From Bigelowiella natans CCMP2755 (Eukaryota > Protista > Cercozoa), in assembly GCA_000320545.1 (NCBI GenBank), contig ADNK01002375.1, positions 1 through 64,000 of the forward strand: 64,000 bases of DNA, in the 5' to 3' direction. This document shows positions 39,724 to 53,317 of the stretch, piece after piece. A program made the translations under genes and the position numbers. The notes under the pieces are model-generated. The model made no database searches. It was given only the letters and a program-made list of their open reading frames with translations, and was not told where the DNA came from. Within the stretch, counting starts at the first letter, position 1. Every line of letters starts with the position of its first letter.

Positions 39724-41680
39724 CGCATGTGTGGTTTATGGTGCGTATTTACGGAAATTTCTGAACACAAGTAACAATGATATTCATACGATTGTCGGTC
39801 CTCTTTTCGTAACATGTGTATTGGAGAGCATAAGTTGCTACTACTGCTACTTTTACCCGCTATCCTTCGATGACATAATACCTTATGTGGTGATCACACA
39901 AAGGTGAACCTTAACATTCCTGGGGGGTCCAAGGTAGTTGAACACCACGCATATCACTAACAAGGAGAGAGTGGAGGGGGGAGGGGGTTCTGTAACGAAT
40001 GCAAGTATTTCCTCCCCATCTCTCCTTCGCATCGCTGTAGTAGTAGTAGTAGTAGTTGTTGTTGTTGTTGTTCTTAGTGCTGTCGTCTTCATCTCTTTTT
40101 GCGTCATTATCATCATGAAAACAGGTGGCATTCGTGGGCAGTACAGGGTGCGGCAAGAGCTCAAGCCTACGACTTTTATTCCGATTTTACGACCCATGGG
40201 AAGGTAGAAACTAACGATGGCAACTGCTGGGAACATCATCGATCATCATCGTGTTGCGTTCTTACGACCTTGCTGCTGCTGCTATTTTAGGAAAGGTGTT
40301 TATAGACGGGCAGGACATAGCTCAGGTTTCTCTCGAGAGCTTGCGCAAAAGTGTAGGCGTTGTGCCTCAAGACGTGGTAGTTGTCGGCGGGGATTAGATA
40401 GCTACGAATGAAAGAACAACTCCATAACGTTTTTCCGTCGAGGAATCTCAGAAGGGAAGATGATCAATAAAGGACATCGCATGCTCTCTGATCTTGCGTA
40501 CAGGGAATTGACTCGTGTCCCTCCCTTATACTCTCTCGTAGGTCTTATTCAACGATGATATAATGTACAATATCAAGTACGGTTGCCCTGACGCTACAGA
40601 TGAGGAGGCAATAAAAGCTGCAAAGTCGGCCAAAATCCACGACGCCATAATGCGTATGCCTGACGGTGATATGAAGCAACGATGACTTTTGTCCGCATGT
40701 TTTTCATTGATGCTTTACCGGGCACGAACTTATTATCCAAAAGATGAAAAGAAGAAAAGGAAGGAGGAGGAGAAGAAGAAGAAGAAGAAGAAGAAGAAGA
40801 GAGAGGGGAAGAACATGTGAGACACTATCTAATGTCGGTGTGACAATAGATTCCCCATCGTCGCTACAGATTTTTTAGCAATTCTAATAGAAGGAAAAAC
40901 CGTGCTATCACCGCCATTGCTGTTGAGGTGATCTTTGAATCACATACACCATTACGTTGTTAACGCCAGGATACAAAACAATCGTCGGTGAGCGTGGTCT
41001 CAAGCTTTCAGGAGGTGGCTTGGAGAGGCTGTTTGTGCAATTGTGCATCGTTTTCTTCAGTGAATTTTTGGAAATATGGAAGAAATGGAGAATTCGGAGA
41101 CGAAATCTTCCAAAACAATGTGTATATTCGGCTGCACATGTGTTTCAATATATATTTCTTGTGTGTGAGTTTGTGTCACATCTCTCTCTCTCTCTCTCTC
41201 CCCTCTCACCCTGATTCCCATCGTGTAGGTGAGAAGCAACGGCTGGCAATTGCACGTTTATTACTAAAGAAGCCAAAAATTGTGGTGTTTGACGAAGCCA
41301 CAAGTTCATTGGATATGCAAACTGAGCGAGAAATCATGGCAAGTTTGGACGAAGTCACGAAAGGCTGCACCACTGTTATGGTACTAAAGGATACAGTAAT
41401 TATTAATGCACGAGGGGAATAAGCCAGCCTATGGTCAAATAAACGATGGTGCCGCATTTTGATTTTTCTTCTTTCCCGAAAGGTTGCGCATCGACTAGAG
41501 ACTGTGAAAGATGCAGATGTGATTTTCGTCTTTGAAGATGGAAGGATAGAGCAAGCGGGTAGCCACACGGAATTGATACAGCAAGGTAAGGGGCTGTATT
41601 CCAGAATGTGGGCAGCACAAACACAACAGGAGGCAATGCCCTCTTCACCAACTTCACCAACAACACCTGCGCTGACATGA
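34693..41680 (+). CDS. ABCB7: Mitochondrial ABC half-transporter ATM1/ABCB7
   Basis: More than 20 exons: AAK|[40 protein letters not shown]|[27 protein letters not shown], Walker [16 protein letters not shown]|[16 protein letters not shown]|[18 protein letters not shown]. Start codon tentative. Confidence 0.93.
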
Positions 41681-41689
41681 TTTTCTGAT

Positions 41690-42350
41690 CGAACAACTCG
41701 TCATAGCTAGGCCGGACATGCTCGATCAAGTTTGAATGTGAAGAGCATGTCAATCATTTGCAGAGCTGCATGTCGCACACGTGCTGCAATCTAGCAATGT
41801 GTAACACCGCATCAGCAGTTACGCTAGCGATGCAATCGAGCTGCAACAGGATCCATTTGTTTGCTGCACAGTAGCTGTCAATAATGGCTTACGTACAGCT
41901 GTGTGATCAAATGATTTAATTACCACTTCGATCAGCATCGAACTATTCGAGATCATTATTCTAGCATTATTGCACGCACGTTGCTGATGACGTTCTCCCC
42001 CATACACACGCACACGCACACATATGCTAGCATGCTGCGTGCATTGATCACATCTAGACATGCGCCTTGTTGGCCAGCTCTGCTGCTGCACGTTTAGCAC
42101 GTAAGTACAGGCAGATCTGGAGGCGCAGGGCACTCACCGATCGTGTGATTCGGCTGACATCGCCAGTGGTGCTGTGTGCTATCTTGGGCTCACGGACAAG
42201 ATGGCCAGGCAATACAGCATGCGCACTACTAGACAAGTGTCATGCGCTACACCGGTGGTCGCCGCAGATGGAACCATCGGTTGGACCGGCACCAAGTGCA
42301 CGTTCGAATCCTTGCCATCAATGCAATCATTGATGACAAATCCTAACATA
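41690..42350. other. Partially TA-depleted GCAT/CTAG-rich intergenic island
   Basis: Same composition as the other islands; lies between the ABCB7 and thioredoxin-like 3' ends. Confidence 0.6.
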
Positions 42351-42426
42351 TTTCTCATGATTGGGACGTGGAGCAAGTGTGCTGGTGATATCCCGAGCTG
42401 CTCAGAAGAAAGTGCACAATACAGTC

Positions 42427-43303
42427 TCATTTATCTCCACTTTCCCTTTCCATAGCAGCAAGATGTTCACGGAGTTGATGTATTCTAAGAAACATAGGTA
42501 TCCATAAAATATTTAAATTATGCTTAGGTACCCTTAGAGGCCAGAAAAAAAGTCAAAAAGTGAAACTAAGTAGCTTACAGCATGGAGAACTTATCCTTTG
42601 GGACGTAGCCAGGAAGAACCATACATTTCGTCTGCGCGGGAATTAATGTATCTCAAATGAAATATCTGGGTACATTTTGTGTGGACTACCTCAGTTAAAT
42701 TGCATAAATATGAAGTAGGGAATCCTTGAGGGGAGGGCAAGTTGTCGTTCGGAGGCTTGAAATCTTTATCCTAGTATGTGCACGAGGGAATCTTCAATAC
42801 ACGAATATTTTGTCAAAGATTGTGATTACCTCCTCCTGCCAGAGAAATTTGATGTCGTCGCCCCACCCATCCTTAGAACAAATCTTTTAAGTTATTTAAG
42901 TACAACATAGATCTGGAAGTAACCACCTCGTTGAGTTCATTGAAAAACTTCCTACTGTATCCGCACCATCGCGCACCTATGCGCAGACAAGAATTAGTGG
43001 CTTTTGGCATGGTGCGCACAAATAAAAGAACTCGAATGGTTGTAGATCGATAATACCTAGAACCGTGATTTTAAGGCCTTTCCCCTTCTGGTCGGTTTGT
43101 TTATTAGAGGCGTCTCTTTCATCGTTGGCATAGGCACAGGCGCCAGACAGAGCAAACAAAGATGCACCCAGGACCCCCACACTATTCGTAGAACGCAAAC
43201 TAAATCTCGGCGCGAGAGACGACGACGATGCCGAATGTTTTGATTTCCAGAAAGAACTCGAGATGCTTCTCCGCATGGCTTGTGACAGACGACGGACAGC
43301 CAT
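42427..43303 (-). CDS. Thioredoxin-fold protein with a WCGYS (CxxS) site and a probable mitochondrial presequence
   Basis: R/S-rich N-terminus; ITVL|GARWCGYSRKVFNEL; LKGFPT cis-Pro motif; VLPGYVPK; last exon IHQLREHLAAMERESGDK*. Confidence 0.7.
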
Positions 43304-43350
43304 CGGTTGATTTACGGGTGCCGTTGTCGTCGTTGTCGTCGTCGTCGTCG

Positions 43351-43382
<32 letters not shown>

Positions 43383-44626
43383 GCTGCTGCTAGTTAGTTA
43401 GTTAGTTGACTTCCCAGCTACATTTTTCACCGAAGTTGTTGTTGTTGTTGTTGCTGCTGCGGAGGAGGAGGAGGAGGAGGATTTTAATCTTTTGCGACCT
43501 GAAAAGTTCTAAAGGACAAAAGACATTTTTTCGGCTTTTGAGTCATCTGTGGCCGTCGAAGCTGCTTGCAGGCTCTTAGCTCTTCGTGGTTGTGATGGTG
43601 TACATGTATCGCAAGTGAGAGCAAAAACTTTCTGCTGTTCATGAAGACAAAAAAGCATCCAGATGAACGGCTGAAGACCGGGGTGATTGCCATCTCCAAT
43701 CGTGGTCTGGTTCGAGAAACTGCACGTGCTGTTGTGATCTGGTTGTCATTTGGAATTTTTTTTGCCAACCAGGGCAGGAATGCTCTCCTAGAAAGAAAAA
43801 TCCCCGATGGTTGGCCGTGGTGGGATGGCTTCCGCGATAAAAGAGGACAGATCTATCTTTGTATCGTATCTTTCTTATCCTTTCTCTTCCAACATGTCTT
43901 CCTTTGCAGGGTTGGTCCAAAAGTAGACGAAATTGCAGAAGACGACAAGGGAAAATAACTCCAGCACCGTCACAATTGCTTCATTACACGCACAAAAAAG
44001 TGCATCCTCCGTCAACCCTTTCTCCTGATACATCCGAAAATTACATTGTTGAAGTACCGACAGCTGGGAGACTTGATGTGTCAATTACCAAATGCGACAT
44101 TAAGAATTGAACAGATTCAAGTAGAATTGGATGGATATTAGTTCGGTAAAAATGTGCAAATCTGAATTCAATGCGCGGGTAAACATTTCACTTGCGATGG
44201 TGCAAAAAAGGTGATAATTTTGGAGAAAAAAGCATGTCGCATGCAGGGATCTTCCTGCACATCGTTCTTGGCAGTGTCGCTTTGCAGGTCCGAATCCGGC
44301 GCTGGAGCTCTTATAATCCAATTTCCCACCCCAACGCAAGACATTCTCCCGGAACTTGAATCCAAAAGCAAGATGATGGTTAAAGCTGGTGAGAATAGGT
44401 AAGTTGGACATTGTGCGTTGAATGAATTTCCTGTCCTCGAAAACCACAAAATTCGTGAAAGCTTTCCGAAGTATCTCCCTCGGAAGTGTAAATAGAGAGC
44501 ACTGAAATCAATTTTTCGATTTCTCAGAATTTTTCCATTGGCATTTCTTTATGATGTTTTTTCATAGTTACTTTTCATGAATTAACTCACACCTTATTAC
44601 TTCTGAGGAACCCCCTGATAACGGAC

Positions 44627-45964
44627 ATGGATCTGCAAAGCACGAATTTCGAGTTGCCGAATGCGGAAGATGTGACGAATGCTGCCCAACTTCTCTTTTC
44701 GCTGCGTCACAGTCTAAATTCAAGAAATGATGATGACGAATCAATCGAGACAGCCCTAGATGATAATTGCTCTGACGAGGATGCAGGACATCAGGTCTTA
44801 CAGCTCTCTCCTATGTGCGCACGCGTGGTATAACATGCATAAACTTAGCAATACTGATTCACAGGATACAACCATCATCACTTCGAGAGCGTTATCCCTC
44901 AACAAGCCTATATTCAAAAATAGAGGATACACCTCGACCCGATATGCACGACTTCGTACTGGCTACGCGCAAACAGTGAACCAGCATTGGATGGTAATCT
45001 GTCCTAAAATGCATTTAAAATACTTGTTCAGATTAATTTTACGGTGCTTTCAGACTCGTATAATAAGCATAAAGTAGCTGATCGTTTCTACTCCTGTTTT
45101 AGGGTGATGTACGGGAAGATTCAAAGTATCGGTGCAGGAAATTGTCCTCAAAATATACTCTTGCATCCAAAGCGAAGAAAAGTGTTTCCGCTAAGAAACA
45201 TAGTTCCTCTGTCCCCAAAAAGAAGATCCTTTCAAAACGTATCCCCACCACAAAAGAGCATAACAAGTTAATCGAAGCTTTGGAAAGGCACATGAAATTT
45301 AAAAGACTCAATCAAGTAAAAGTGCCTGTATCTTTAGCTTGATTTACATCGTATTGATTTGGGGGTGTTTCAGTCGGAAATTTCCAAAATCGTGCACGTT
45401 CCTCAACCTTACATATCAATGTTCTTGAACCGTCGCTGGAGGGGAAGTTTTGAGTCGCCCACCTGGATCCATATGGAGAAGCAAGTTACTGCCTGGCTGA
45501 GATCCGAGGGGGTTGTTTTTTATGATCAAATCCATTCGACAAATATCTGATGAACCTTCTTGATTGCGAATAAATTTCAGGAAGAAGTACCGGGGGACAG
45601 CATCCCGAAGGAGCTCGAAAAGGAGGCCCACCCTTCGAAACGTGAAGGCCAAGGACGGGTTGTGGACAATTTAAATCGTGTTCAGGTTTCCGTTTCGACT
45701 TTGTTCTCCCTCCCTGATATTGAGAAACAAACGCCACGATGTAAGTACGCTGATGCCAACAAGAAGTGTCCATCAAAGAAAGGCGAGGAAGCAAATGTTG
45801 AGATTCGTTCTCCTATACTGAAACCTGGCGCACTTCCTTATCCACCACGCTCAAAACTCCATATGTCTTTCTTTGATGCTAATTCTGCTGATCAAGAAGG
45901 TCCATACCATGTATTAGTAAATCATCACAGAGAGTTATTAGCAAATTTGTGCTGCAAAAAATAA
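44627..45964 (+). CDS. Putative DNA-binding protein with a lambda-repressor-like HTH
   Basis: Spliced LIEALERHMKFKRLNQ|SEISKIVHVPQPYISMFLN..MEKQVTAWL; basic region upstream; N-terminal AAQLLFSL. Confidence 0.6.
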
Positions 45965-46620
45965 GTATATTTCATGCAATGATCAATAAATATAATATAT
46001 TTCATGTAATAATCTAAAAGGTGAAAGGGGGATGCGATCTCCACACCAGAGCTGGTACTGCAAAGTCTGCACTTTCATCAATGAACACGACAAGATCGAA
46101 TGCAAGTACTTTGATCTTTAATCCACATTGGTGCTTGTTAGGAATCTGAATTGTGCTTCTCCAACAGAATGTGCGGGAAACATAGGAGGCGACTGGCTTA
46201 ATGAATTCTTTGAAAAACATACATAATACAGACCGATTATGACATTTACTCTACGAGCAGTACCGTTTACATCAAATGCACCTGAACAAATTTAGATCAA
46301 TTTTCATCGAATTTCCTCAATTATCTTGGATTTCTCGAATTCCTATATAACATCTAGCAGTCCATTGTATCCTATCCAACATGCTACACTCCGTCTTTTC
46401 GTTGTCTGAAAATGCGTTAGATATTTCAGTTAGCATGATATCGTTGCGCGTTGTTGTTTCATCGTTTTTGGAAAACGCTCGATGAAGTGCAAGTGGAGTC
46501 TACAGGCTCAACGAACATGAATTGGACCTACCTTTAGTTGTTCATCATGCTGGCTCCTGGTCATAATATTATTATTGAAGTATTTGGACATTTATACACC
46601 TTGTAAATTGATATAAATAT

Positions 46621-46656
<36 letters not shown>

Positions 46657-46692
46657 ACATTTAGCACCTTGTAAATTTGATATAAATATATT

Positions 46693-46724
<32 letters not shown>

Positions 46725-47705
46725 AATTTATATATCAGTTTATTTAGTCTGGTTTCCGGTTTTGATAGTCTAGTAGTCCTTAATATGTGTATTTAAGATC
46801 TCATCATTCCAGAACCGAAGATGGTATATTTGCACATGTATTGGGGAACTAACAAAGTCAATGCATTAGTTTCTTTACTGGTAAAATGTACCTAGCTTGT
46901 GATAATAGCCATAACGTAGCGCAGGCATTTGATTCTTCATGTGTTCTCGCCGCGTAACCCACCGGCGTATCGTAGGCACAGTATCATGCTACTACGCACT
47001 CAGGCGGAGGTGCGCCTTTTGCATTGTTATGTAGCTAAAATACGATTGTCTATTGCACATGTGCACATGATTATGTTCTTAAATGCCATGACTACGATAC
47101 TTTGTTTTATTTGCTTTGAGAAGCATCTATAGAGCATGTAGCACCACCTAGAATTTCCGCACGGAAACACATTGCTAGATTGGGGCGGGCGAAACTCGCA
47201 CAGCTAGCAGAGGCGCTGTCATGTGCCCACCATGCAAATTTCTATGATCGATATGCATGTGCCCCTTCAATGTCGTTGTTGTCATCGTCACGAGGAGTGC
47301 ACGTGAAAATAAATGGCATGTTTTGGGTAACAATCGTCAATAAATGAAGTTGAAATGAAGTTGAAATGTGATCATTACATGTTTTGATGAACAGCTGGAT
47401 GCGTTTGCGAATAAAATTGAAAAATGCAGTGCACGGCGAGAATTTTGCACACACACAGCTAGACAGGATCGCCCGAACTAATCAGCAACAAATTCATTGC
47501 TAAGTTGTTTCATCGTGGCCCTGAGAAAAAGAAAACTACGAACACCAAGCTGCACCAATGTAACCGGCATCTACCCGGCACTCCACCTCATGAAAAAAAA
47601 TGCAATTCAAAATTCTAATAATTAGTTGAATTAGTGATGTGATAAACCATTCACATGCCCACCAACAATCCTCCCTCTGCTTATATTCGGGTTATTGTCG
47701 TCGGT

Positions 47706-49394
47706 CTAAATGATAAATTGGCTGGAAGGAAAATCATCAGGCAAGTCCCCAAGCCTCTCTCCGAAACCCCCGAGGTCTCCAATGAGTTCGGTTGCGAAAT
47801 CTGAAGTAGGAGATTGTTCGTCTAGCCTTCCGTCTGTGTAGAGCCCCATCGCTGCTGTGGCGGGAGGCAGGCCCGTTGACACTGAGTTGACCCTTGGGCT
47901 ATTGTACGCAATAGAAATCGCCGGTGAAATTTCTGTTCGCATATCCGGGGGGACTTGGACAAACGGCTTAGTTGAGGTGGAGGATAAGGTGGTGGAGAGC
48001 ATGGAAGAGGAATGTTTGGATCTGAAGTACTTGAGATTGGCCTCCTGATACTGCTGTAGACGAGAGCCGTGTTTTCGTTCATATATTGCGTAACGGCCCC
48101 TTGGCTGCTGATGCCGCCGCTGCTGATGATGATAAGGGAGACGTGGCATGTCCAAAGAGGAAGTAGAGGAGGAAGAAGGAACAGAAGAGTAAGGACGATA
48201 TTGAGATTGCTGTTGCTGCTTCATGCTCTGCTGATTAAGCATGTATTGAAGATCCTGTTTTTGCTGGCCCGCATTTCCATTCCGTCGAATAGGCATGGTA
48301 TTTCTGCTTGCCCTGCCAGATTCTCGAGACCGTGCCGCGGCCTCTGCTCGTAGTCGCTGCCGTTGTGCTTCCGTCACATTACTTCTTTTTTTGAGTGACG
48401 AATGGCGAGAATTTCCCCCTTCCTTGCGCATACGTTTGTGAGAGGATGAAGAAAATTTCCCCTTATCGCCTGTGTTAGTGCCCCCCCCTGAGCCACTACC
48501 GGCCTTTGTATTGGGGGATTCCATCTCTTGTTGCTCTACGAGTGCCCTAGAGGCGGAAGAGTCCGACAGAAAAGAGCAGACTTGTTGCCGATCTGATCGA
48601 TTAAGAGAAGGAGTTCGGTGCGATTGGGGAGTAGAAAGATATTATATAAAGGGCGAAACATCACACTGTAGAAAATCACAAGGAACACTATAGATGAAAT
48701 CAAGGAGGTTGCATTTTTGAGAAACACAATAAATACGCCAAACTCACCTTTTTCATAGAACGCATTCTCGTACGGATAGAGATATTGCTGGTATATTCTT
48801 TTAAGCCGATAGGAAGCATCTGTCACACGATCGTTGAAGTTGTCCAAACGCCGGAAGATCTGCGCCCAGGTTCCATCATTCTTGTTTGCCAAAGTAAATC
48901 CTCTGTTAAAAACGCGAAAGGCGAGCGATCAGGGCCGAGGCGGTTCAGATACACTTGCAGGGATGCGATGGGAGTAGAGGGTAACATGTATGTGTGCACG
49001 ATTCATTAATTTCTACCCAACATAAGTGATTTCTCGGTAAAGCCTGTAAAGATCCAGCTCCATTCCCGCAACAACGGGGAGACGTGTCTTGAAAACCTTC
49101 CGTGATCGTAGGAACGCCAGGAGATCAAGGATAAAAAGCGCCTGTTGGAAATGGTGTTAGAGCATTTCTTTTGCATGCCATCGTTTCGTGGAAAAGACGG
49201 ATGAAAGTGTGAGCTTTCGGTATCCATTTTTATTATTTTTTAGTGTCACTCCTGCAGCTATCTCTTCTTCTAACACACCATTACATAGTAAAAGTGAAAT
49301 ACTGAAAACAAGACCTTCTCTCGATCAATATAGACCCGCAGCTGGCCGACGTCCAGATGTATCTAGCAGATTAGACAAAATTTGCAAAAATGAT

Positions 49395-49464
<70 letters not shown>

Positions 49465-51162
49465 TGTGTGAATTAAGAATCTTATTTCTGTATTTCTATT
49501 TTGAAATCGAAATCCTCCTCACATCGTTTGGCCGGAGTTGTTCCTCTTCAACATCACACGAATTTTGTGACCAGATAGGGTTATAAGAGCACTCCCACAG
49601 TGGCGACAGACTAAGTGTTTCATCACAAATGTTGTTCAAACACATCATGTCAGCTTGGCACGAGGAACAACGGCAGCCAGTGAAAGAATATCCATTCTTA
49701 ATAAATAAAAAGATCAACCTTTCAAAGGGCACAAGTGTTGGAAGTTTCCTCCATTTCCCACATTTTGAGCACCTGATCCATCTGGATAAGAAGAGGCGGG
49801 TGGGAGGAACAAGGAGAAAAATGTATTCATTATCAGAAATCATGTACTGGTAGTAATATCAGCAGCTGCAGTAGCCTGAAAATCCTTTATAAAATGAAAC
49901 AAGTTGTACGACAAGTGTTCTTACTAGTCTCGAGGAGAAGAATAGACGGTGTATGAGATGACTCTAGTTAATAATACACTACCTCACAAGCTTGGAATCG
50001 ATTCGAAGCATGCCTTTCTCATCAGAATCAGTGGTTGCTCGAAGAAAGTCCTAGGAACCATCAAGAAATAACAGAAGGAATGGAAATGCCATTGTCAGCG
50101 CGAATACCCACAATAATCGGAGAAAATAGCAACGCCTAGCTTTTTGCCAGTAATATTCTCTACTGGCAAATACCCATCAAAGCCGTGGTTGCTCATCCGC
50201 TCTCGATTCTTATATTCCCAAATGGCAAGTTGGCGAATCGTTTCTTCACTCTCTCTCTGCTCTGTCTCTCTCTTTCTCTCCTCTTCCTCTCATAGTATGT
50301 ATATTAGTACCGGAAGTTGATCACATTTCGTCAAGTCCACTTTCTCATCACCGAGGCCGAATTCGTCAATTGCATCGCGTTTCTTCAGTTTTTTTCTGTC
50401 CTTCTTGGATTTCTTCAGAATTTCTTCCTTCGCTGCCGCCTCTTCAGCCTCTCGGGAACGCTTCTTGTTCTTGCTTAGTCGACTACCTCTTTTATTTGCA
50501 AGCGATGCCCGCTTTTGGGACATCACCCTCTCACTCTTGGGCGAGGTTACCTCCGATGGCTCGCTAGGATATGTTTTCTCCTTTACCTTCGAAGCTCGAG
50601 ATGAGCGACGGACTGGCACAGGAGAATTAGTGGTTTGTTGTTTTTTTGTTTGCTTGCCTTGCTTCTGCTGTTGTCCTTTGAGAGGAGATACTTGTTTCAA
50701 CTTCTTTCTAGTTGCAGCACCAGCAGTGACTATATTAGTCCGGGGCTTAGGGTTCCTGATAGCAACCGACTCCTTCTTGACAAGTTTTCCATAGTTTGAA
50801 TGGTCTTGGGGTATGCTCGTAAGCCCTGCGACGATAAGCGATTGTCGAGCTTTGGAACCGACAGGTAGTCGCCCGATAGACGGTACTTCTGGATCTGCAA
50901 GAGGGTCTTCCGTGTGTGTGACTGATGTTCCAGGTGGATGGAGATTGGGGGGACTTCGTATGCCACTGCCTTGCGAATACACACCGGAATTCACAAGATT
51001 GTAGCTACCAGGAGCAGACTGTGACGACATGTTCCACGGAAGTGATTGCCCAGTCCTGCACGCAATGCTTCCACGTTGACGCATTTGCGTTTGGGGTTTC
51101 CAAACATTGTCAATTTGAGCAGTAAATCCCTTCTGAAATGCACTTTGGCGGCGAGACGCCAT
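47706..51162 (-). CDS. zf-CW + ARID/BRIGHT domain chromatin protein
   Basis: R|WIRCSKCGKWRKLP..WECSYNPIWSQNSCDVEEE (49520-49780); LPVVAGMELDLYRLYREITYVG|GF..TWAQIFRRL..ASYRLKRIYQQYLYPYE (48750-49141); long disordered first and last exons. Confidence 0.85.
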
Positions 51163-52374
51163 TATCTTATCTTGGAGATTCTCTAGCGCTCGCTACACTA
51201 ATTATTAAAAGGAATATTTGCCCGATTTCCTGCAGTTTCGCACACTTAACTATCGATATCCTCTTCCTAAGCCAAAGACCGCGAGCACTAACCAGCTCTA
51301 TGTCTTCAACTTCCCCCCCCCCCCGTAGTACACGCCAAGTCTGGAGTTGGGATGTCTTGTCTTCCCTTCGCGTTTCTAGGTTTCGAGTGGACTTCGAATA
51401 TCGAAGTCGCTGGCAAACACTTTCATACAAAAACGTGCTCAAGATAGTCCCTACAACCTAAAAAATAATGATATTAATTTATTGCGACAAGTAGATCATG
51501 TGTAAGCAGGACGAAAATCTAGACCGTCTCGCCTTCATAATATTTCGTACGAAATCGTATATGTTTATTTTTTGTGATACTCTCTTTTTATGTCGAAACC
51601 ACTTTCAGCTATTTGAGGTGCTTCAGATGAGACATTTTATGATTTTGAAACGACGATAATCAATATATTGCCCAGTGAAATACTCTAAAGGTGTAAAAAC
51701 TCCCTAGGAAAAGAAATCTGTCGAAGAATTTTCATCTTATGCTTAATAGGTGCTTCGCGCTTACGACTTTTTCAGATCAGGATCTGCGCAACTGATTCAT
51801 ATATTTTTACAGACAATGTTAAAATATTTCATACGACAAGAGCATGATCGCTAGACATGTGTAGCATAAAAGAGATATTTTGAAAATTTTAGAAGAATTT
51901 TAATGTCTTATTAATTAGCTTTTCATAGCTTATCCTATGGAGGAGCCTTTTGTGCCCAGTATGTGGTAAGTCGCCCATATTCAATAGAGAATTAACTTAA
52001 TCTTCTCAAATAAACGCAAATCCCGGAGATATTGGTGATTCCAGGAAATCCCGAAATATGTAGTCTCTTGGAATTAAAAGACTGATTAGTATCCCTTTTT
52101 CCATCGACAACCGCAAAAAAGTCAAAAAGTTGCAAAATGCCCTCGTAGATCTACCCTGATTTCGAGAGAATTCCACCCATGGGTACTACCTACCGGTACT
52201 CGTATTACCCTAATGTTCAATAATTTATAAATCTGCATAGCCTTGTCGCAGTAGCAAAACATCCGATGTAGGTTTTGGATTTATATTTTCCCGAATTTCA
52301 AACTGCGACAACAAATTACTGTGTCGCAGATAGGCATTAGCACAATCGTAGCTTCGCCCGAGCGAGCAGTTCCG

Positions 52375-53268
52375 ATGCTGCTTTCGGCAAGTAGGGGGGT
52401 CAGAGCGATTGGGATGTTGCCTCTGATGAAGCAACAGAGGAGAAGGTTGTCATCCTACCTATTATGGTTTCACAGAATCAATTTGTTCTTGCTATTAATG
52501 CCTAATTTTCATAAAAGGCGCGTGGGCAGCAGCCAGAAAGCTGTGTACTACAATGGTCCCAGAAAGCGACGATTCGAAGGCACTCTTACTTTCGCTTGTC
52601 GCAGAATCTCCACAGCCACAACGCCTGAATGTACAATTCAAATCGAAAAGGAAGCCATTAAGTTTAGCTCAGGGCACTTCACGATATTCTCTGCTACTGA
52701 ACGCGAACGGCTGCACGGGTTTGAATCTCTCGATGTATGCAAGAGATTTGAACGAGGAAAATTGAGAGTTGGCTGCCGTTAGTTCTTTGCAATATAACTT
52801 ATGATATTTATTTTGAAAATCCTTCAAATTCTATGCTAGTTATTTTCCTTACACGATCGCATCTCAGGCATAACTTTTCGGTCTCTGCCTCCTTCACAGG
52901 ACAGCCTGCAGAGGACGGAATGATGGGGGTATCATCTGAATAGTAGCTAGCGAGTGCAACTCCCCGCCCTTTCCCCCCCCTCCACTCTCTTTTAGTATTA
53001 TTTTTGGTACAATTTTGACTGTTGATATGCTAATTGTAGGACTATGGCCAATTAAAACGGATTCTGAAGTAGTAGTAGTAGTATGATAAGAGTAGTAATT
53101 AGTCGTCGTCGTCGTCGTCGTCGTCGCTGCCTCTGCCGCCGCCACCTCCCCGGCAAAAGCAGTAGCAGTTGTAGCGGTACTACTAGTAGTAGTTGGAGTA
53201 GTAGTAGTGGTGGTGGTAGCAGTAGTTTGAGGAACAACATGCAGTATTCTACACTGTGTGCATGCATC

Positions 53269-53317
<49 letters not shown>

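Noticed and set aside
43641-44110. Possible small plus-strand spliced gene
   Set aside because: Splice-like signals are present, but I could not build a consistent reading frame.
46014-46563. Possible small minus-strand gene (MTRSQHDEQLK|TPLALHRAF..)
   Set aside because: Only a partial exon chain and no recognisable domain.
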